Positions 60,346-64,000 of a stretch of DNA of 64,000 bases are shown here, one piece after another. The notes under the pieces were generated by a model. That model worked only from the letters and a program-made list of their open reading frames with translations. It ran no database searches and had not been told where the DNA came from. Location: assembly GCA_964588955.1 (NCBI GenBank), contig CAZPQJ010000004.1:5677-69676 (forward strand), read 5' to 3'. Each line of letters starts with the position of its first letter. Position 1 is the stretch's first letter. The position numbers and the translations under genes are program-made. Source of the stretch: an uncultured Gammaproteobacteria bacterium (GTDB taxonomy: Bacteria > Patescibacteriota > Patescibacteriia > UBA9934 > CAMTUG01).

Positions 60346-61683
60346 CTACACCGCTTGGATAAACGCCGTCAGCTCATCACGCTTGTTGTCCATCAACTCT
60401 TGCGACTTCGCTTCAATGATCAGTCGAATCAACGGCTCATTGTTGGATGGACGAACAATAAACCACCAGTCGCGCTGGAAGTCACAACGGACGCCGTCGA
60501 GCAGATTCATTGCCGAGGCCTGAGAACCATAAGTCTGTTTGATCGCCGCAAGAACGGCGGCTTTGTCTGTAACATGAAAGTTAATCTCTCCACTGTTGTG
60601 ATACTGCCGCAACGGACGCACCATCTCCGCGAACGTTTTTCCCGAAGCGCGCCACAGGCAAAGCATGCGCACAAACGCATGCTCGACCGCTTCCAAGTTT
60701 CCAAATTCGGAAAAGAAAAAATGGCTAGAGACTTCCCCACTGAAAGCGGCGCCCTGTTCAAACATCTTACGAATCATCAGTGTACGTCCGATCGCAGATT
60801 CGATCGTCTCGCCTCCAAGCTCCGTGATCGTATCTGTCGTTGTCCAGCTTTGATTCGGCGCAACAATGAACGTTGATCCCGGGAGCCGGGCGAGCACCTC
60901 TTTGGCAAACAACACAAACGCTAAATCGCCACGCAACGATTGCCCTTCATTGTCGATGAAAGCTACACGGTCGGAGTCGCCATCAAACGCCACGCCAAAG
61001 TCCGCACCTTGTTTGATCACCTCTGCTTTAATAGCATCGAGCGTTTCCTCTTTGGCCGGGTTGGCTTCATGGTTGGGAAAACGCGCGTCGGGTTCGGGAT
61101 ACAACTCAATCACTTCAAGTCCAAGTCGTTCAGCGAGCGGACGCATGGTCAAGGCACCCATCCCGTTGCCATAGTCAGCAACAATTTTTACTCCTTTGGC
61201 TGCTTCCGCAACTCCTGGCCAATCCAAACACGCATCAAGATAGGCATCGAGCACCGAGTCACTCTTAACCGTTCCACGCACAGATGCTTCTTGGTACTCC
61301 TCATCCATCCCTTTGCGAATATCGATGCCGCTGATTGGAAAACCCGTTTTATCGGCAAACTTCATGCCGTTGTACTCCGGCGGATTATGGGAAGCAGTAA
61401 TCATCAAGCCGGCGTCGACAGGTAACGTACGCACAGCAAAAGAATAAAGAGGAGTGGTGACCATGCCAATATCAACGACGTCAACACCAAGAGAAACGAT
61501 CCCGTCAATCGCCGCAGCAAGGAGTTCTGGACTCGTCGCGCGCATATCGCGACCGACCACAACGGTTTTGGCGCCCGTCTGTTTCACCAACACTTGTGCC
61601 GCTTTTCTCGCCACTTCCGGAGTCACCTGCTCTAGTAATCCGCGAATATCGTAAACACGAAAGATTTCCTCAATAATTTGCAT
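60346..61683 (-). CDS. Phosphomannomutase/phosphoglucomutase
   Basis: FRVYDIRG, TASHNP, FDGDSDR, RPSNNEP. Confidence 0.94.
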   Translation of the reverse strand: MQIIEEIFRVYDIRGLLEQVTPEVARKAAQVLVKQTGAKTVVVGRDMRATSPELLAAAIDGIVSLGVDVVDIGMVTTPLYSFAVRTLPVDAGLMITASHNPPEYNGMKFADKTGFPISGIDIRKGMDEEYQEASVRGTVKSDSVLDAYLDACLDWPGVAEAAKGVKIVADYGNGMGALTMRPLAERLGLEVIELYPEPDARFPNHEANPAKEETLDAIKAEVIKQGADFGVAFDGDSDRVAFIDNEGQSLRGDLAFVLFAKEVLARLPGSTFIVAPNQSWTTTDTITELGGETIESAIGRTLMIRKMFEQGAAFSGEVSSHFFFSEFGNLEAVEHAFVRMLCLWRASGKTFAEMVRPLRQYHNSGEINFHVTDKAAVLAAIKQTYGSQASAMNLLDGVRCDFQRDWWFIVRPSNNEPLIRLIIEAKSQELMDNKRDELTAFIQAV

Positions 61684-61761
61684 AGTTTTTCCTTTGACTT
61701 CTCGTCTGTCCTGCCATATTATAGCTATATTGGAATTCAATCAAAACCTAACCTTTTTCCT

Positions 61762-62313
61762 ATGCCCATCATGCTGATTGTTCTTATTCTCGTCGCCTTA
61801 GTTGTGTTGTGGGCCGTGGGGACCTTTAATAAGCTCATTTCCCTCCGTAATCGCACCGACGAAGCCTGGTCAGATATCGAGGTGCAGATGAAACGCCGTT
61901 ACGATTTGATCCCCAACTTGGTCTCTTCGGTGAAGGGCTACGCCACCCACGAGTCCAGTGTGTTTGAGAACGTTACCAAAGCGCGCAGCCAGGCGATGCA
62001 AGCCCACACTCCGGCAGACCATGCCAAAGCGGAAAACATGCTGACCGAAACGGTCAAATCATTGTTCGCCGTTGCTGAAGCCTATCCGCAATTGCAAGCT
62101 CAACAAGGATTTTTACACTTGCAACAAGAGTTGGCTGATGCCGAAGACAAAATCCAAGCCGCCCGTCGTTTCTACAACGCCAATGTGCGCGACATCAACA
62201 CAGCCATGCAAGTGTTCCCCTCAAACTTGATCGCCGGCATGCTCAATTTTGGCAAACGCGATTTCTTTGACGCGCCAGACGCTGTGGAGATGGTACCCGA
62301 AGTAAAATTTTAA
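61762..62313 (+). CDS. lemA: LemA family protein
   Basis: AWSDIEVQMKRRYDLIPNLV, AEAYPQL, RRFYN. Confidence 0.94.
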   Translation: MPIMLIVLILVALVVLWAVGTFNKLISLRNRTDEAWSDIEVQMKRRYDLIPNLVSSVKGYATHESSVFENVTKARSQAMQAHTPADHAKAENMLTETVKSLFAVAEAYPQLQAQQGFLHLQQELADAEDKIQAARRFYNANVRDINTAMQVFPSNLIAGMLNFGKRDFFDAPDAVEMVPEVKF

Positions 62314-62322
62314 CGACCGCGC

Positions 62323-63207
62323 ATGTACAACGCCATCGCTGCGAATAAACGCAAAACTTGGCTTTTCACCAGCATTTTCTGCGTGGTAATTTTAGCCATT
62401 GGCTGGTTCCTTGGGCACCAAACGGGCTCCGCAAGCCAAGGTATTATTTTGGCAACCATCATTGCCACAAGCATGTCGCTCGTAAGTTACTTTGATGGCG
62501 ACAAACTCGCTTTAGCAACAAGTGGTGCCAAGCAGATCAATAAAGATCAAGCGCCAGAACTTTGGCGGATGGCGGAAAATTTGTGCATCACCTCCGGCGT
62601 CCCCATGCCAAAGGTACACATCATTGAAGATGATGCCATGAACGCCTTCGCCACTGGACGCAATCCGGCGCACGCCAGCATCGCCGTCACTACCGGTCTG
62701 CTGCGCCGTTTAGAAAAAAAGGAATTGGAAGGAGTTCTTGCCCACGAACTGTCCCACGTGAAAAATTACGACATTCTCATCATGACCATGGTTATTGTGA
62801 TGGTCGGGGTGATTACCCTTCTTGCAGACTGGATGTTGCGTTCCACGCTATTTGGAAACCGTGATGATCGTGAAAACGGACAAGCGGGAACGATCCTCTT
62901 TGTGATTGGATTGGTGCTCTCTCTGCTTTCCCCACTGATTGCCGAGCTCATTAAGTTAGCAGTATCGCGCGAACGAGAATACTTGGCGGATGCGTCCGGC
63001 GCCCTCCTGACTCGCTATCCGGAAGGACTCGCATCGGCACTCGAAAAAATCCATGCCCATGGCCGGCCGCTTGCTCGAGCCAATCACGCGACAGCGCATT
63101 TGTTCATTGCCGAACCATTTGGCACCAAACAACGTTTAGCTTCGCTGTTCTCTACCCATCCACCTGTACAACAGCGCATTGACCGTCTGCGCTCCATGGG
63201 AATTTAG
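62323..63207 (+). CDS. htpX: HtpX-like M48 zinc metalloprotease
   Basis: NAFATG, AHELSH, REYLAD, FSTHPP. Confidence 0.93.
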   Translation: MYNAIAANKRKTWLFTSIFCVVILAIGWFLGHQTGSASQGIILATIIATSMSLVSYFDGDKLALATSGAKQINKDQAPELWRMAENLCITSGVPMPKVHIIEDDAMNAFATGRNPAHASIAVTTGLLRRLEKKELEGVLAHELSHVKNYDILIMTMVIVMVGVITLLADWMLRSTLFGNRDDRENGQAGTILFVIGLVLSLLSPLIAELIKLAVSREREYLADASGALLTRYPEGLASALEKIHAHGRPLARANHATAHLFIAEPFGTKQRLASLFSTHPPVQQRIDRLRSMGI

Positions 63208-63210
63208 TCT

Positions 63211-64000
63211 ATGCAAGAGATCATCAATAAATTTACCACTCATCTCAAAAACGTCCTCACCCGGGCGCTGACGTTTGTCGTGGAAAATCAGCTACCAGAA
63301 GTGCTGCCAGAGCATATGCTTTGGGCGCTCGCAACCCAAAAAGGCTCGATCGGAGCGGAACTGTTAGCCAAAGCGGGAGTGAAGGTGGAAGATGTGCGCC
63401 GCCAGATTGCGCAAGATACCGTGGCGGCTTTGGATCCACGCACGAACGTCCCTCTGCTTGCGGAAACTGCTCGACGGATGGTGGAGAAAGCAGTGCTCAC
63501 TGCCAATGTCTACGATCATCGCTATGTTGGCACGGAACATCTTCTCTCTGGCATGCTTCAAGCCGACGAAGGATCGATCGGGACGTTTTTTTTAGAGAAA
63601 GGGATCGATGTGGCGCGTCTGAAGCAGCAAGTGGACACGGTGCTCAAAAGCACCTCACGATTTCCGGATCTCACTGACCGCGTCAACACAGACCAACAAA
63701 CGACAGGAACAACACCCACCAACACATCCACAGCATCACGTAAGGAAGAAAAAGCGGATGACAAAAAAACTCCCGCCCTTGACTACTTTGCCTATGAGCT
63801 CACGAGCGCGGAGGCACAAAAATCGATCGACCCGGTGATTGGCCGCGAGCGCGAGATTGAACGCGTGTTGCAAATCCTCTGCCGACGTACGAAAAATAAT
63901 CCCATTTTGCTTGGTGAACCAGGCGTGGGGAAAACCGCTATCGTCGAAGGGCTAGCCAAAAAGATTCTCTCGGGCGAAGTGCCGCCGGAAATGCGCGGCA
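63211..64000 (+). CDS. ClpC/ClpA-type ATPase, partial (runs off window)
   Basis: Clp-N repeats, [27 protein letters not shown]. Confidence 0.92.
   Translation, partial: MQEIINKFTTHLKNVLTRALTFVVENQLPEVLPEHMLWALATQKGSIGAELLAKAGVKVEDVRRQIAQDTVAALDPRTNVPLLAETARRMVEKAVLTANVYDHRYVGTEHLLSGMLQADEGSIGTFFLEKGIDVARLKQQVDTVLKSTSRFPDLTDRVNTDQQTTGTTPTNTSTASRKEEKADDKKTPALDYFAYELTSAEAQKSIDPVIGREREIERVLQILCRRTKNNPILLGEPGVGKTAIVEGLAKKILSGEVPPEMRG

Overview
A gene-dense housekeeping region of a bacterial chromosome read with the standard code (TGA is used as stop). The gene mix and style suggest a Patescibacteria/CPR (Parcubacteria-like) organism, which is an inference. The backbone includes uvrD/pcrA, mltG, the gap-pgk-eno-gpmI operon, rpsB-tsf, queA, rpmE-prfA-prmC, rplY, rodA, gyrB, secE-nusG-rplK-rplA, dcd/thyX/dut/tmk, gatB, miaA, thrS, mutM, dnaE, pheST, rseP, murI, lemA-htpX and a partial Clp ATPase. 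Layered on this is a second class of DNA: eight dispersed single-gene orphan cassettes plus one mini-ORF unit. Most have a sigma70-like promoter, and each has a Shine-Dalgarno-like site and a GC hairpin terminator, whereas backbone genes mostly start at SD-less 'TATG'. Other notable signals are a serine-rich leader-peptide attenuator, an Ala-identity tRNA-like gene with an aberrant anticodon arm and T-stem, a ~335-nt promoter/terminator-bounded structured RNA candidate, an ultrashort Thr T-box, and several palindromic repeat families, some inserted in-frame in conserved genes. No CRISPR array, rRNA, transposase or integrase was seen. All calls come from reading the sequence by eye; no searches or folding programs were run.
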